Shown one piece after another: positions 63,548 to 64,000 of a DNA stretch of 64,000 bases; position 1 is the first letter of the stretch; the number at the start of each line of letters is the position of its first letter. Source of the stretch: Octopus sinensis (Eukaryota); the NCBI RefSeq assembly GCF_006345805.1, contig NC_042997.1:191704001-191768000 (forward strand), in the 5' to 3' direction. The translations under genes and the position numbers were made by a program. The notes under the pieces are model-generated. The model was given only the letters and a program-made list of their open reading frames with translations, was not told the origin of the DNA and ran no database searches.

Positions 63548-63730
63548 GGCAGTGCATGACTTAATGGTTAAGGTGTTGGAGTCGTGATCAGTAAGATTGT
63601 GGTTTCAATTCCTGGACTGGGTGATGTGTTATTCTTGAGCAAAACATTTCATTTCACATTACTTCAGCCCACTCAGTTGGCAAAGATAAGTAACCATGTG
63701 ACTGACTGTCCAGAAGGAAGTATTTATGCC
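63548..63730 (+). mobile_element. Diverged tRNA-derived SINE
   Basis: TAATGGTTAAGG..GGTTTCAATTCC..TTCTTGAGCAAAACATTTCATTTCAC; similar to 35433-35687. Confidence 0.75.
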
Positions 63731-64000
63731 AGAGAATCTGCGAAAAGGTCCTATGTGTCTATGACTTGAGAAGGTGCTTTATCCCTTTTTTGACAGTATG
63801 CCAGATATTCAATCGACTGAACTTGCTACTCAGTGGTGGCTGAGTATTCCACAGACACTTGTACATGTAACATAATTCTCAGGCAGAACCAGCTTTACAG
63901 CTAATGAACATCCAACTGGCTTCTACAATTTCTGCCTACTCAATGTCCATCCTAAAACTTGGACTGACTTGAATGTTATGGTAGAAGACACTTGCCCTAG

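Overview
Eukaryotic, AT-rich, microsatellite-dense genomic DNA. The repeat families (tRNA-derived SINEs, Meta-domain SINEs, RTE LINEs with GAT tails, TTAA MITEs) point to an octopus (Octopus sp.); this is my recognition, not a search result. The only host gene I can support is the 3' part of an RBM33-like RNA-binding protein gene on the minus strand. It has 11 phase-compatible GT-AG coding exons from 62098 down to the TGA stop at 31093 (about 1270 aa), and its 5' exons lie beyond the right end of the window. The rest is layered transposon debris: a decayed piggyBac transposase gene with related TTAA MITEs, old and young RTE LINEs (the young one has a PHD finger inside its RT), three non-autonomous Helitrons, mariner-type MITEs, Penelope-like fragments (one with a minimal hammerhead ribozyme) and many SINEs. 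The most notable structures are: (i) a ~590-bp local inverted duplication that folds back most of the intron splitting the RBM33 RRM; (ii) expandable arrays of a ~65-nt hairpin+pseudoknot module in the RTE 3' UTR; (iii) the hammerhead; (iv) a 1.09-kb tandem duplication bounded by (TA)n; (v) a triplicated intronic segment whose copies took different insertions at almost the same site. No prokaryotic system, CRISPR array, rRNA or true tRNA gene is present. All alignments and folds were done by eye, and repeat boundaries are approximate.
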